A DNA stretch of 64,000 nt. It comes from Octopus vulgaris. Its lineage: Eukaryota. Numbering within the stretch: position 1 is the first letter of the stretch; every line of letters begins with the position of its first letter. Position numbers and translations under genes: made by a program. The notes beneath the pieces are model-generated. The model had not been told where the DNA came from, ran no database searches, and worked only from the letters and a program-made list of their open reading frames with translations. Positions 13,213 to 27,590 of the stretch are shown piece after piece. The stretch lies in assembly GCA_951406725.2 (NCBI GenBank), contig OX597820.1, positions 41,478,001 to 41,542,000 of the forward strand, in the 5' to 3' direction.

Positions 13213-14690
13213 GATTTGTATATTCTTTGATGCTATTGTATATCAATATTACTGTACTTATTAACATATATTGTATGTTACGAAGTGTCAAAAAAATTCC
13301 TTGTACATTTAGTACCTAATGCACCAATGCCATAACAATGTTACAAAGGTTTCCGTTTATTTGAGATAGAATCTATTGGCATAACTGTTTGGTGCCATCA
13401 GCAGCCGAACTTATCTGAGATGTGCTCAGGATGTCGAAACTGACCGGCGCCACACGTACGGTTTGCGAACGTTACCTGACCTATACTGTATCGGTACAGG
13501 CAAGCAAATACTAGCGATGGAGTATGCGGGTTATTTAGAAATACCTCACAGAGTGACGACCCTGCGCTGCATAGTTACAGGCTGTTCTTTGGCAAAGCAT
13601 AGCACTGGTTCAGTCATCCTGCCAGGGAAACTGTGATGTCATGGAATTGCAGCATGGTGTATTGTGAAGATGCAGTAGGAGAGCTCAACTGAGCCAACAG
13701 TGCTTCTTACATTGATGTTGAATAGAGAGATCTTAGTAGTCAGGGTGGTCAAGCTCTATCAAGAGAATAACTGCAATGCATCCATAGGACTAGCGTCTAT
13801 GGTTTGTGAAATCAGCTAATGAGAAAGTCATTTTGACACAAGTTTCAAATTCAAATAATAGAAATGGATAGCGATAGTGAGTTACGGGAATCCGTGCAAA
13901 CAGAGCGACCGGATAACAGGAACGGATGCGACGATCAACAGATTTTATCGTCATATCCACTTTCCAGTGACAAGGACAATCGCCAAGTCCTTTGTCTGGT
14001 GGTTATGACGAAAGAATTTATAAGATAAAGGCAGCTGGAAAATCTGAGCTCAAAAGTATTCCCCTGAAGCAAATTTCACAGTGATTTCGCTTTCCTTCAA
14101 TAAATTTTATGCAGGGCGAGTGAAAATCCCAGAATTGGTGTAAATAAATGGACATACATTAATAATGTAATTGTAGCCTGAAGGCAAGAACAAGGAGAAA
14201 GGACTTAACTTTGGTATGTCAGTGAAAATCAGGGATGTGTTTAGTATGTCTCATTTCACCTACTGTGGTTGCCCCATTCTTTATGTCATTATTGTCTCAT
14301 TTCACCTGTTTTAATAGACTCAAATCTTTTTCTTTTGAGCGCTCCTTTCATTTTGATTTCGCTGAGACAATCTTTAGTATTTTGGACCCTTTTGGCTTGT
14401 AACAGAAATTATTATCATTATCATATCTTTGATGGTATAGCGTCACGCGTTGATGCTGACGAACCTACAGAAATATCTACATTACTGGGTCGAATTTGCA
14501 TATTTGCGAATAAATATTAGTGATGTCTAGGAAAACATAAACAATGGAACAGGTAAACGTATTGGTTGTTGCTGTTGCTGTTATTGTTGTTATCCAAAGT
14601 ATTGCAAAATAGTAACGGTTTTGGAACCTCATGATTGCGAAGTAAACTTCATGCTCAAATAGCAATGCCAACACCCATACTTTAAGGTGT

Positions 14691-15081
14691 GAGTGGAGGC
14701 GCAATGGCCCAGTGCTTAGGGCAGCGGACTCGCGGTCATAGGATCGCGGTTTCGATTCCCAGACCGGGCGTTGTGAGTGTTTATTGAGCGAAAACACCTA
14801 AAGGTCCACGAGGCTCCGGCAGGGGATTGTGGTGATCCCTGCTGTACTCTTTCACCACAACTTTCTCTCACTTTTACTTCCTGTTTCTGTTGTACCTTGT
14901 ATTTCGAAGGGCCGGCCTTATCACTCTCTGTGTCACGCTGAATATCCCCGAGAACTACGTTAAGGGTGCACGTGTCTGTGGAGTGCTCAGCCACTTACAC
15001 GTTAATTTCACGAGCAGGCTGTTCCGTTGATTCGGATCAACCGGAACCCTCGTCGTCGTAACCGACGGAGTGCTTCCATCC
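14691..15081 (+). mobile_element. tRNA-derived SINE, family C (full length)
   Basis: A box tggcccagtgc and B box ggtttcgattccc. 12-bp TSD actttaaggtgt at 14679-14690 and 15082-15093. A second copy is at 580-906. Confidence 0.92.
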
Positions 15082-15439
15082 ACTTTAAGGTGTACTTTTC
15101 CAGAAACAAATTATATTCTTAGTTGATGACTAAAAACAAAGTCATTAATAAATTACTATTCTTCAGATGAGATTTTAATTAATAGTTTAAGATTTATCAG
15201 ATGTTTTTGCTTCCCTCACCGTTCCTGTCTATTTTATTTTGGAGACATACTTCTTTGTGCCTGAATGTTTGCCTATTACGTACGCTTGCACATCACACAA
15301 CCATACATCCATCCATCCATCCTCACACGCTTATATAATGATTAAATAGCAAAGCAAAAACAAGTATTTTAATTATTTCGTTCCTTTATGATTTTGTGTG
15401 TGTGTGTGTGTTGTAGTCAAGCCTAACCAAGAAATCTAT

Positions 15440-16500
15440 ATGATGAAAATAAGTGCCACTTCTGCATCATTATGATGATGATGGTGGTATGGTGATGATG
15501 ATGAAGAGGAGGACAACAAGGACGATAATCATCATCATATCGTTAACACCGCTACTATCATCACCATTACCTCAACACCACAACCACTACCACCACCTTC
15601 TGCACCATCACCACACCACACCACACCACCACCACCACCACCAACACCACCACCACAACAACAACAGCAACAACAACAGCCACTACCACCACCAACACGA
15701 CCACCTTCGTGGCTGACATCATTATTCTTCATGGCTGACATCATTATTACACATTCCATTACTAACCTCACACGCATTACCCTGTCCACCGCCGTTACTA
15801 ACCAACAGCAGTATAACTACTATAACCACCATTCGTATTATTTCTATGGTCCCTACCAGCAACCGCCCGTCACTAATATCACCATAACCATCACTATCAC
15901 TATCGCTATCACCATCACTACTACGACTAACATCCCTATAGCAACTATAGACCCGTCGTAAATGTGAATATCACCATTATGACGGCCGTCACCTTCGCTT
16001 TCGCTATAACCGAAATCTCCACTACTAAATCTATCAGCACCATAATTACGAAGACCACAGTGACATCTTCCAGCATTACCATCGGCAACAACACCACTAC
16101 CATCTTTCTAAGCTGATATTATCTTGCTAACACCGTCATCAGCAGCATCAACAGTATCTCCTCCATCGCTATCTACTATGGCCACTATCAACACCATCTC
16201 GGTACCAATATCCTCATCCTTGCATCTACTTACTGTCAACTACATCGTAACACCTCCATTACCACTTTCACCGATACAGCGACGACGACGACGACGACGA
16301 CGATGACGATGATGACGACTACGACCACGACGATGACGACGACCACCACTACCACCGACATTGCCTTCCCACACCGTCCCAGCCACCGTCGTCACCGACG
16401 CCATCATCGCCAGCGCCACAGTCAACACTGCTGCCGTCGCCATACAGCCATTGCCACCATCCTCACCACCACCACCACCACCATGACAAACAACCCAATT
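15440..16500. repeat. Degenerate CAC/CAT/GAC trinucleotide region
   Basis: Cryptic simple-sequence tract. Confidence 0.9.
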
Positions 16501-17189
16501 AATAAGCACACTGTAGCACACGGCATAACGTCGAACTAAGAAGCGTAGCCAGATCGATAAGTAGATCAAATCGATCAGTCGGTGAAGTCATCATCAATCG
16601 ATATAGAGCGTACATCAGCTTGTGTCAGTGATTTGAGACGACTGCAGCAGACCGTGACCATCGCAACATCATAAGTTGGTTAACTGGCTTCGCTCTTATC
16701 ACGTGGCATTTCTCACAACTAACTCACTAGCTATTACACCTATCTCATCTATTCTATCCAGTTACCATACAGTTTTCAAAGCTTTCTTCAACCCTCACTG
16801 ACTCACGTATCTCTTATCTTACAGGCAATGTCAGGAAAGTTGCCACCAATAAATTGGTAATTCTTACCGGCAACTACCTCAAAATACTTAGCTTTAGTGG
16901 TTAATTTTTTCTCTTCCACCTAAGCTTTCTCAGCTTCTCAAGTCGCAAGCTAGGTCAGGTATACTATCTTAATTATCCATTGCGGAAGTGTTAGATCTCT
17001 TTCAAACTAAATATTTACCGTCTGAAGATAGGAGTTTTAGTCTGTCAGTTTGATTCCAGTACTTGTTTTTAAGCCTTGTACTATATCGGCATCAGTTTGT
17101 CGAAGCGCTACTATTTACGAGACAAGGCACAGTATTTCAAGATTTCAAGTAGAATTAGCTTAAAGACAGACGTGAAAACACACGTAAAT

Positions 17190-17235
<46 letters not shown>

Positions 17236-17278
17236 CACTGACACAGAGAAACTTAGAAATTACTGTCAATATTTTCTT

Positions 17279-17445
17279 GAGCTGACAGAATCGTTAGCAT
17301 TCCGGGCAAACTCTTTAGCAGTATTTCGGCTAGCTTTACGTTGTGAGTTCAAGCTACACTGAGGCCGATTTTTAACCTTTCATTCTTCCGGGGCAGATAA
17401 AAAACAAAAAGTACCTGTTGAACACTGGGGTCGATGTAATCGGCT
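17279..17445 (+). mobile_element. SINE family B, diverged partial copy
   Basis: gagctgacagaatcgttagca...gagttcaa...ctttcattcttccgggg...actggggtcgatgtaatcg. Confidence 0.8.
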
Positions 17446-17477
17446 TTCAACCAAAGCTTGAAATCAATATGTTCTTC

Positions 17478-17533
<56 letters not shown>

Positions 17534-17819
17534 AAATAAGTTCGAATGCTTTTTGATCATATATCTCGTCGAACTACGTTGACTCATGCACAGCAAGTTA
17601 GCAAGCACCTGACCAACCAGCCAACCAACCAAACAACCAATATCAGTAAAAAAAAAATCACTATATCCATTCCATTTGTAACCGTGGCTAAAATACGTTA
17701 ACTGCCCTGGTGCTTCACTATCTTAACAAAATCAACAGAACCAATATAGATCACGTGACTCATTTTTTCAAACGTTGCATCAGGTAAGTTCATTGAGCGG
17801 CAACAATTGTTTTTGCTCT

Positions 17820-18620
17820 TTAGCCAAGTCGGTTGACTTATGATGAAAGAAATTCCGCCTGTGACTGTCATGTCTTTTTAATGGTTACCAGAAACTGCAT
17901 TATCTAACATCCTTTTTTTTATTATTTAAAGTGATAGGGCACCATTCGAGGTAAAAATTAATTACTATTTCTTGCTGGTCAATTGACCATGCAGAGGTTC
18001 CTTCGATAGCTTAAAACCATCACAGATTTTGCGAAGAACAAGATCACCTTTAGTCAGCAGATCCTTGGTTAAAGACATTTCTTATGGTTCTGTCCCCTCT
18101 CTTCATTTCAAATAGAAGAATGCATATTATGGGAAATTTTGGTGCCATGACTAGAAGATTGGGGGATCACACCGAGGATTCTTCTTTTGCGCTTAGCTAC
18201 AATTGCTGTTTGCCAGTTACTCTACCGGAAAGTTTAAGTTAACTTCTTTAGCTTTAAGAAAATTTCTGAGTAAATAAAAGAAGCTATCCCAGCAATATCT
18301 AATATAGTACATATTGGCAACTTCATACAGCTCGAGTAACTTCATCAGAAATATTAATATCATTACTGGGGAGATGATCTCATCCTACTTAACCGCCCTA
18401 GATGTTTAACCTCATCACTATTCCGTTCTCGTTTAGTATCTAGTCAGCTGTCATTGACGAAAGGCATTCCAACTGTAACCATCCTCCCTTTTTGTATATT
18501 ACAGACTACAACATCCAATGTTACTTTCACTTTCAAACGATAAGGGATGATTTCTGGAAGTTTGATTGCTGTTTCTAACAGCTGGAGTGACCGCGTAGCA
18601 GACCTGTCGTTGGCTTGTAA
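17820..18620 (+). mobile_element. Cluster of old dispersed-repeat fragments (unclassified)
   Basis: Recurring degenerate motifs (gacgaaaggcattccaactgt...tttgattgctgtttctaacagctggagtgacc). Related traces occur at ~12055, ~47830 (-) and ~58945 (-). Confidence 0.45.
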
Positions 18621-18802
18621 ACTAGTATGTATATGTGTGCGTCTGTGTGCGCGCGCGCGCGCGTGTGTGTACGTGTGTACGTGTGTGTTTTTGCGAGCGC
18701 GTGAGTGTTTGTATGCGTATGTACGTATATTTATGAGTGGGAGTGTGATTTGTATCTACGTCTCTCTCTTTCTTTCTCTTTACACCCTCTCTTTCTATAT
18801 GC

Positions 18803-18837
<35 letters not shown>

Positions 18838-20210
18838 TATGCATATATATACATACATCATGATGATGATGATGAGGAGGATGGTTACTTCATCTTTTGT
18901 TTGGTTATCTCATTATTCATATGAGGTGATAAAGCATTTGTATACGATTTCATTATAGGGACATAGGCTTGTACGACACGCATTCCACATTCTAAGATGC
19001 CTTAGCTTAATATCGAGGGTTAAGCAAGAGCAAGATGACCGAAAATTATTTGAAATGCAGGTTTTAACTAAGAGGGCTATCTTTAAGATTTTTCAAATAA
19101 AAAGATCGACACAAAATCCTTTGGTATCTGTCTTTGAAATTTTCCTTCACCAAATTCTTTTACTGATTGCCCAGACATAGGCTTGGATATTTCTATACTC
19201 TCAAGCACGCACATACACACACATGCATGCCTAATACACATTAATACACATATAGACAGATGTTTTTATTTAAGAGTTTTCTATCTTTATCAGCTAAGAC
19301 GAGAGAGCAAATATCAGCGCCTGGAATGGAGATTTATTCTACGCCAGATACCAGTTTAGTAACAAAAAGTTTATTTCCCAAGCACTATGTACCGAGAATC
19401 TTCTTTCACATTGCGTCGTACTTTGGCAAAATCAAATCTTGATAGCCTCCAATCAACGTACGTCTAGTGGATAAAATTAGGCTGACAGAAACTACGTACA
19501 TTCATACACACACTCATACATGCAAATATATAAGTGCAGATTCAGCCATTTAATGCGAAGAAAAACAAATGATATGCACAATGTAAAATATAAAAAATAT
19601 GGAGTAATGTAACATTTAAAGGGAACCTGAAGTACTCGTTATAGCCATGTTTATTGTTTGAAACCAGATCAACGCGGATCAAGCACATGTAAGATAAAAA
19701 AAAAACTCCCAACTATGATCATTTCCCAGATATAGCATATATCCTTCTTATTTTAAAATCACAGAATATGATTTGAAATAGGTAGTTGGGACTGCTAGAA
19801 ATATCCCTCAAAGGAAAACTGACGATTTTAGAGAAAGGATATATTGAACAATAATTTAATACTTGCACAGCGTGTCTGAAAAACAAAGGCAAAATAAAAC
19901 AGTACTTTTACGGTCTGAACCTATTTCATCATAGGTTTGTTTGAGCAGGGCGGTTTGGACATCCTTTAAGATAAGGTGGTTAAAAAATCGGCTCCAACCT
20001 AGCATCTTTGCTAACATATTTTAACTGATGTCTATATAATTATTAAAGCATCTACGAGTTTATCCAGCATTTCACTGCTCCAAACATAACATAATAAATA
20101 AAATGTTTGAGTATGAACAGAAAGAAGTATTGATTAAGTTAGGTATTACGAAAATATGCAATGAGACAAAGTGAGCCTCTCATTCATGTGTATATGTGTG
20201 GGCGTGTGCT

Positions 20211-20267
<57 letters not shown>

Positions 20268-20561
20268 ATACATTACGTGTACGTACATGTACATATGTAA
20301 GTGCATACATTACGTGTGCATATGCATCTGTCTATATAAGTATGCATAGAATTATGTATGTGTGTGTTTATGAATTAAAAGATACACTCTTTGGTCTGCG
20401 TTGCCTGAAGTTTCATAGGCGCAGACTGTGTTCACAATGACAAATGTAGAAAGTGAGAGGGCTGTACATCTGATCATGTGGACTAGCTCGTTGCCTACGG
20501 AGGAGTATAATGTGGCGTAGATTCAACCTTATATATAAATATATATGCATACACACACACG

Positions 20562-20628
<67 letters not shown>

Positions 20629-21059
20629 GTATGTATACGTACACATATTGTATCAATTCAAGTACCTAACGTTAGAAAGTTTAGAAAAACTTAAACGTAA
20701 TTAGTTCCCTTTTAAGAGTAAATGTTCCAAGATTATATCCATGACAGACAGTTACATTGACGTACACTCAAATAAAGAAGTGTGTATATGTGTGTGTATG
20801 TCTTTTTGTGTGTGCGTGTGAGCGCAAGTGTACACTTGTATGTGTACGCACGTGCGTATGTATGTGTGTGTGTGTGTGTTTGTGCACGTAAGCGTGTTTG
20901 TGTGTCTATGTATGTTTATGTGTTTTCAAATGTGAGTAAAAGCACTCGCGCACATAAACACTCACATATATACACACACAAACAGATAAACATGTATAGG
21001 CATGTACATGTTTTTTCTCTTTTACTTTCTTCTCGGGAGTTGCGGCCACGCTATATTTT

Positions 21060-21174
21060 ATCTGTGTGTGTGTGTGTGTGCGTGTGTGCATGTGTGTTTG
21101 TGTGTATGTGTGTGTTCTATATGCATGAATATATATATAAGTGTGTGTGTGTATGTATGTATATATATACATAC

Positions 21175-21205
<31 letters not shown>

Positions 21206-21244
21206 CACATATATATATCTATGTATATATATATATATACATAC

Positions 21245-21305
<61 letters not shown>

Positions 21306-21370
21306 CATACATATATATATACATACATGTATGTATATATATATACATAAATATATATATATATATATAC

Positions 21371-21406
<36 letters not shown>

Positions 21407-21494
21407 GTATATATATATATATACATACATGTATGTATATATATATATATACATACATATATATATACATACATGTATGTATATATATATATAC

Positions 21495-21537
<43 letters not shown>

Positions 21538-21560
21538 CATATGTGTGTGTATATGTATAT
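21060..21560. repeat. Compound (TG)n/(TA)n/(TACA)n microsatellite
   Basis: Directly visible. Confidence 0.95.
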
Positions 21561-22330
21561 GCACTCCCTTATATATAGACATAGAAGAAAGAGATGAAGT
21601 AAGATAAAAGTATAGAGTGGCGATGCAAAGTATTTAAACTTATATGTCGCATTTTTGTATATTTTTTGTTATTATTTTATCAGAATTTGGAATAGTAGTT
21701 TACAGGAAAATTCATTTCACGTTATAGGTTTTTGTCGTCTTTTATTATCAGGAACTTGTACAGTCCTTCATTGTTGAAACATCAATAAACAGAAGCAAAA
21801 ATAATGTAGAGAAAACCATATTTATAGAAATAATAACCAATGACATGAAAATAAATACGCACACATCTGCATCCATAAAATCGCAACCATATGAACACTG
21901 ATTAGAAAATCGATGAATTTGTTCTTCAAAAATCTAATAAGACATAAAAACAGAGTGCATTAACCAAAATAACAAACTGCAATCAATCAATCAATCAATT
22001 AATACATACATATACACGCATATATACACAATCATACACACACTCACGCAGACACACGCACACACATGTGTTTAAATATATAAACACTAGATACACATAC
22101 ATAAATTTGTATATGTATCACTACACATACATGCATAAATATATGTATCTGTCTGTCTGTGTCTCTTTATTGGTGCATAGATGTATGTGAATGTAAGTGC
22201 AAATAATTGCAAACGTATGTATGAATCCATGCATACCTGTTAACATATGTGCTGCTTTTTCTGCACGTATGACTATCTGTGTATATATGTATGTGCTTAT
22301 ATATATATAAGATAGAAATATATATATAAA

Positions 22331-22366
<36 letters not shown>

Positions 22367-22367
22367 T

Positions 22368-22424
<57 letters not shown>

Positions 22425-22440
22425 ATAGCTATATTTATAA

Positions 22441-22471
<31 letters not shown>

Positions 22472-22484
22472 CACATATATGTAT

Positions 22485-22533
<49 letters not shown>

Positions 22534-24803
22534 TATATATATACACATATACATACATATATACATGCATACATATACATGTATTCAGATTTACAATCAC
22601 ACACACAGACACCCCTGCCCGCACACCCAACACATAAATTTTTTAACGATTTTACAGATTTCCTTACTGGCCTTTTATGTTTTGTTTGGAACAATGAATT
22701 TCCGAGGTCAATCTAAATTTTCTGTAACGTCACCTTGAGGAATACCGAAAAAGTCTCCAAACAAATGTTATTTAAGCCACAAAAAAAAACTTGCTGTAAA
22801 ATTAATGATTTTTCTATTGGACATGTCACATACAACATACCATATACGATATACATGTATTAATTTGTCATGTTCATTCGTAAGACTATACAAATGTATG
22901 TATGTATGTATGTATGTATGTATGTATGTATGTATGTATGTATGTATCTATATGTATGTGTGTAAGTGTGTAATTATATGTGTGTGTGTACGTGCGTGTG
23001 TGTATATTTACGCACATACTGGTATGAACTACATATATTACATATGTATAGATATGAGTTGGTAATGTATGCATGTATGTATGTATGTATGTATGTATGT
23101 ATGTATTTGACCGGGTATAAATTTTTATTTTCTCTCCTTTTGCTCTCATTCTATGATGCCCTTCTTTCTCTTTCTCCCTTTTATGCCGCACCCTTCCTAC
23201 TTATATCCACATACCTTTCTATCAGGTTTTTGTCTAAGTGTCGCATTGACCATATGTGTCCAATATTTCACACTGTTCAGGTTGGCCTTAGATAAAAGTC
23301 TTTTTGTATATATTTTCCCCGCTTCGCTGGTATTTTCTCAGTTTATCACCTTCGAAAACCACCTTTGTTTATTTGATGTATTTGTTTTGGGCACCAACCT
23401 CAAGTTTCCGTTCTGTGGCTTTGGCCTGTGTGTTTTCAGTGGAAAGACTTTTATATTCGTTCTGTATTGTTTGAAACCCGGCACTTTTCAGACGAGAGAT
23501 ATCTAACTTTGCGAAGCGCAGAAATCGAACAGAATAAGAATTGGCTGATAGTTTGTCCTATCTATTTTTCTCCTTTCGATTGATTGTAAAACGTCCCTCA
23601 CCATTAATCTGATACGTATTTATGTATGTGTGCATATAAGTCTGTATCTGTATGTATATGTATGCGTAAGTATGCATATATGTGAGAGTATGTACGTATA
23701 CACCCCACCACATACACACAAGTATGTAGGCTTGGTGTTTTTCAGGCAATGGCATACATTTATTTTCCAGATAAAGTTAAATATATACAAATGTGTCCTG
23801 TATAATGCAATCTAGATGCTTCGATTCTACTATACTTCACTTTCACGCATGTCTTTGCTATGACACTAATTCATTTCCCCTTTGCTCCTAAAATTCTTCG
23901 CTATCAGATGTGGTTTGAAGCATTTGTATAGATATGTTTGCAAAAACATATAAGTGTATGAATGTATTTATATTTATAGATGCATAAATAAATATATGTG
24001 AATGCGTATTTGTACATACATATAGGTGTGTATGCATGTATATGCGGTTGTTTGTATGTCTGTGCTTGTGTATATATGGGGTGTAGAATATACGAACGCT
24101 TAAGAATTTCGCATCGTAAACACGAGACTCAGTTTCAATTCCATTTCGTAGCGTAATAGCTTTTTTGCATAGATATAATTTTCTATAACCTCGCAATGGC
24201 CTCAATTGAGCGGGATATATTTTGACAGTGCAGTATAGGTGGCCATCTGATGTATTGCACTTGTAATTCAAATACAAATCACGGCCACTCCCTGTTTCTC
24301 GCAGAAAATGCCTCAAAATTCTATAATGGATACACGTGTCTGTGGAAGCCTTATACGTGAATTTAATGAAGAAACAATATATTTCATCCAGCAACTGAAT
24401 TCCTATCACCAAACGAGGAAGAAACATCAATACAAGTACACATATACATACACATGCGCGTTCGCTCTTTAAATGTGTGTGTGTGTGCATGTGTGTGTGT
24501 GTGTGTATGTGTCTGTGTGTGTGTACACATGCACGTACAATCTGTCCTAATTCACGAAGTATACGCTTTACTGGAATATGCACAAACATATGAAAGCCGG
24601 AACATAAAACATACTTACACACACACACTCACACATACGCACACACTCACACACACAAACACACACGCACACACAAACACATACAGACACACACAGAGAC
24701 ACACACACACGCACACGAACACACCCAGACACACACACACACACGTTAGTAGATTTATATGAATGTCCATCTAACAAGATTATTCTGAAAGAAATGAGCA
24801 GAA

Positions 24804-24859
<56 letters not shown>

Positions 24860-25369
24860 GTATATATATTTGGAAGAAAAACATCAATATTTATTCTGAT
24901 GTAGGAAATTCAATTTAGAAAATGACTAAAATAGTCATGAAGCATCGTTGGTGACTTTCTACTTTAAGAAGGAGAATAATGATTAAAAATAACACCGATA
25001 ACAATAACAAGAAAAATTAGAAATATTTTCAAAATATTATAGGAAATACTAATTATATATTTGGAATCTTAATGAGCAGTGAATGTTATCATAAAAATCT
25101 CATGTGTACAAAACTGTTCCGTAGATCTTTAGCGTGATACATGCTGTATCACGGTCAACTTCACCTACACTTCTATACATCATTCTTCATTATATTTTTC
25201 CTCTCAATTGTCAGCCTGTTCTTTTCTACTTTCCTTTCATTATTAACAAAAATATAATGAAGTTAACTCAAATGATGATAACAGTGATATTAAAGGTAAC
25301 GATTTCAAATATAAGCCCATGGCTACAAAATTTAGACTTGAGTATAATCGACCGACTCGTCATCATAAT

Positions 25370-25372
25370 CAC

Positions 25373-25408
<36 letters not shown>

Positions 25409-25413
25409 AATCC

Positions 25414-25452
<39 letters not shown>
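25370..25452. repeat. (CAT)n microsatellite
   Basis: Directly visible. Confidence 0.95.
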
Positions 25453-25589
25453 CAATTACGGCTACGAATCTAGAGTGTGATTCGACGTGATTGCTTCATC
25501 TTAATGCTAAGATGTAAAACGTAAATGTGTTTGATATCCTAAAAATTAAAGTATCGTCACAGCTGTATTTTTTTTTGATTACTGACCTA

Positions 25590-25831
25590 TAGGGTGTTCA
25601 GAAAGTCTCTCCGTAGTGATCTTTTATTCTCCAAGATATATTTCAAAGTATGTGTAGAAGTGTTAACTTCTGTATTGAAAATGAAGGACGACACTTTTAA
25701 CACCTCTTATAAAGTTTTTTTTTAAAGTTTTGTATTGTCTAATGTATTCTTTTGTAGTCTTATACCATCTTATAAATATTTATTTTGCAATAAAAATACT
25801 TACTGTGGAGAAACTTTTTGAACACACTCTG
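25590..25831. mobile_element. Tc1/mariner-type MITE (~240 bp)
   Basis: TA-flanked inverted ends: tagggtgttcagaaagtctctccgtagt versus revcomp cagagtgtgttcaaaaagtttctccacagt. Confidence 0.75.
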
Positions 25832-26154
25832 TATTCTCCTCAGGATTGGTAGACATAATGTAAGCATCCTTGTAGTGATACTTGCAATAATATTCTGCTA
25901 AAAATCTCTTTGAAATATTTTTTCAGAATGGGTTTCTAGTCTCACAAATAACAACCCCTGATTACAAAACACCTTGTTGATTAAAGAATTTGAGAAATAA
26001 TACTAATACCGGATAAAGGCACGAAATAAACAACAACAACAACAACAACACCATCAACAACAACAGCAACAACATTAATAAAAATAGCTATGGCTCTCAT
26101 GGCTTCGGATATTAACTGTTTAGAAATGTTATCATGTACAAGATTTGTCGATCT

Positions 26155-26329
26155 TTTCTACTATAGGCACAAGGCCTGAGGTTTTGTAGAAACGACCAGT
26201 CGATTACATCGACCCCATGGACTCCGGAAGAATTAAAGGAGAAGTCAAGCTCAGCGTAATTTGAACTTGGAAGGTAAAGACAGACGACATGCCTCTCAGC
26301 CTTTTGTCCAGAGTACAAACGATTCTGCC

Positions 26330-26330
<1 letters not shown>
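26155..26330 (-). mobile_element. SINE family B, diverged copy
   Basis: The reverse complement reads tggcagaatcgtttgtac...aagttcaaattac...ggggtcgatgtaatcgac...ccttgtgcctatagtagaaa. Confidence 0.7.
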
Positions 26331-26428
<98 letters not shown>

Positions 26429-26468
26429 AAGAAGAAGAAGAAAAAGAAGAAGAAGAAGAAGAAGAAGA
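26330..26468. repeat. (AAT)n(AAG)n compound microsatellite
   Basis: Directly visible. A similar compound run is at 38031-38275. Confidence 0.95.
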
Positions 26469-26836
26469 AATGCCCTCATGCAGTACCAGGCACAGGCTCT
26501 CATGGCTTCTGATCTTAACTGATTGGAATTGTTAACGTGTACATTGTCTTAGTATAAAAGATGGGCTTCAGTAAATATTCTACTCAATACCACATATTTG
26601 CTTGTCAGTTGTTTGACCATAACCAGTTGAGCATGTCTCTTGGTGGCTGACGTTATGTGCATCTCTGATCACAAGTTGTGGGGGAATATCATAGCCATGT
26701 GTTGAGAGCAATTCTTTGGGGTTTGAATGATTCACCTCTGGAAACATGGCTTTTTCGCTCATCATCCTTAAACAAACCTTATTAAAGGACCTTTTGAACG
26801 GGCTACTCAACCTGAAGAAAATTCTAATTGGACCCT
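26469..26836 (-). mobile_element. Unclassified retroposon-like repeat with a (CTT)n tail
   Basis: Abuts the trinucleotide run as a tail would. Its end motif ggctctcatggcttc-gat-ttaactg recurs at 26092-26140. Confidence 0.45.
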
Positions 26837-26869
26837 AGGGGCAAGTGTCCTCTCCAGTTCCTGCTCTTC

Positions 26870-27590
26870 AACTCGTAGGTCTACATTTAGAGAGGTACCA
26901 TCCACCCTTGCAATTTTCGCAACTTTCACCCATCTTTTAATAAGCTCACTCGAGGACAGCGCTTCCCTCTCCATTCCCAATTTCCTTTACAAGTGAAACT
27001 CGAAAAAGTCAATGAGAGCTCTACCAAAGAGAAATGTATCTGCCCTCATGCCTTTCAACCTTGTCATCAAACAACCTCTTCCGCCACAGCCACCAGTCAA
27101 AGGAAAACTGTCTTGCATGCCCAATTGAAGGAGGGCGGTGGTACGATCATCTCTACAGACTCGGCTGACAGACGGATCTGTCTCACACGTGATAACAGCT
27201 TTTCAACACAAGTGAGCAATGCCCGGACACTGAAAGAGGGCGTGCAAAACGTTTTCGTCACTCTGTGCGTACCTCGGACAAGTCCATTTGACAGCACATC
27301 CGTGCCTGTAGAGTTTATCATGAACCGGTGGCTACCCCTTGTAGCACTGCCAGCACTGCCAGGCCATGGACATTTGGAAATTATCCATGATAGTTCCCGA
27401 CTGAAAAGTCCCCTGGAACAGACCAGCCAGTTTGTTCTCGTCGACGCCCAGAGTCTCCCCCGAGAACATTGTCGTAGTTGCCTGCCACTAATTCTCTATA
27501 ACTTTCTAAAGTGGAACTTTCACCGACCCCATTGCCCATTCACCGATCCCATAGAGGGTTGTGAGCACCTGGCGACATTCTAGGTGCCAG
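26870..27590 (-). mobile_element. L1/Tx1-clade LINE ORF2 C-terminal fragment (decayed)
   Basis: Minus-strand translation MDNFQMSMAWQC...PVHDKLYRHGCAVKWTCPRYAQSDENVLHALFQCPG is a CCHC (zf-RVT-like) knuckle at ~27227-27280. Stops and frameshifts are present. Confidence 0.8.

Noticed and set aside
14455-14480. CTGACGA...GAAA spacing resembling a hammerhead
   Set aside because: No stem II pairing and no stem I.
14695-14770. tRNA-like heads (also 35706, 59018, 62168) as tRNA genes
   Set aside because: No complete cloverleaf. They continue into multi-copy SINE bodies with tails or TSDs.
26993-27583. 196-aa plus-strand ORF
   Set aside because: It is the antisense shadow of the minus-strand L1/Tx1 fragment.
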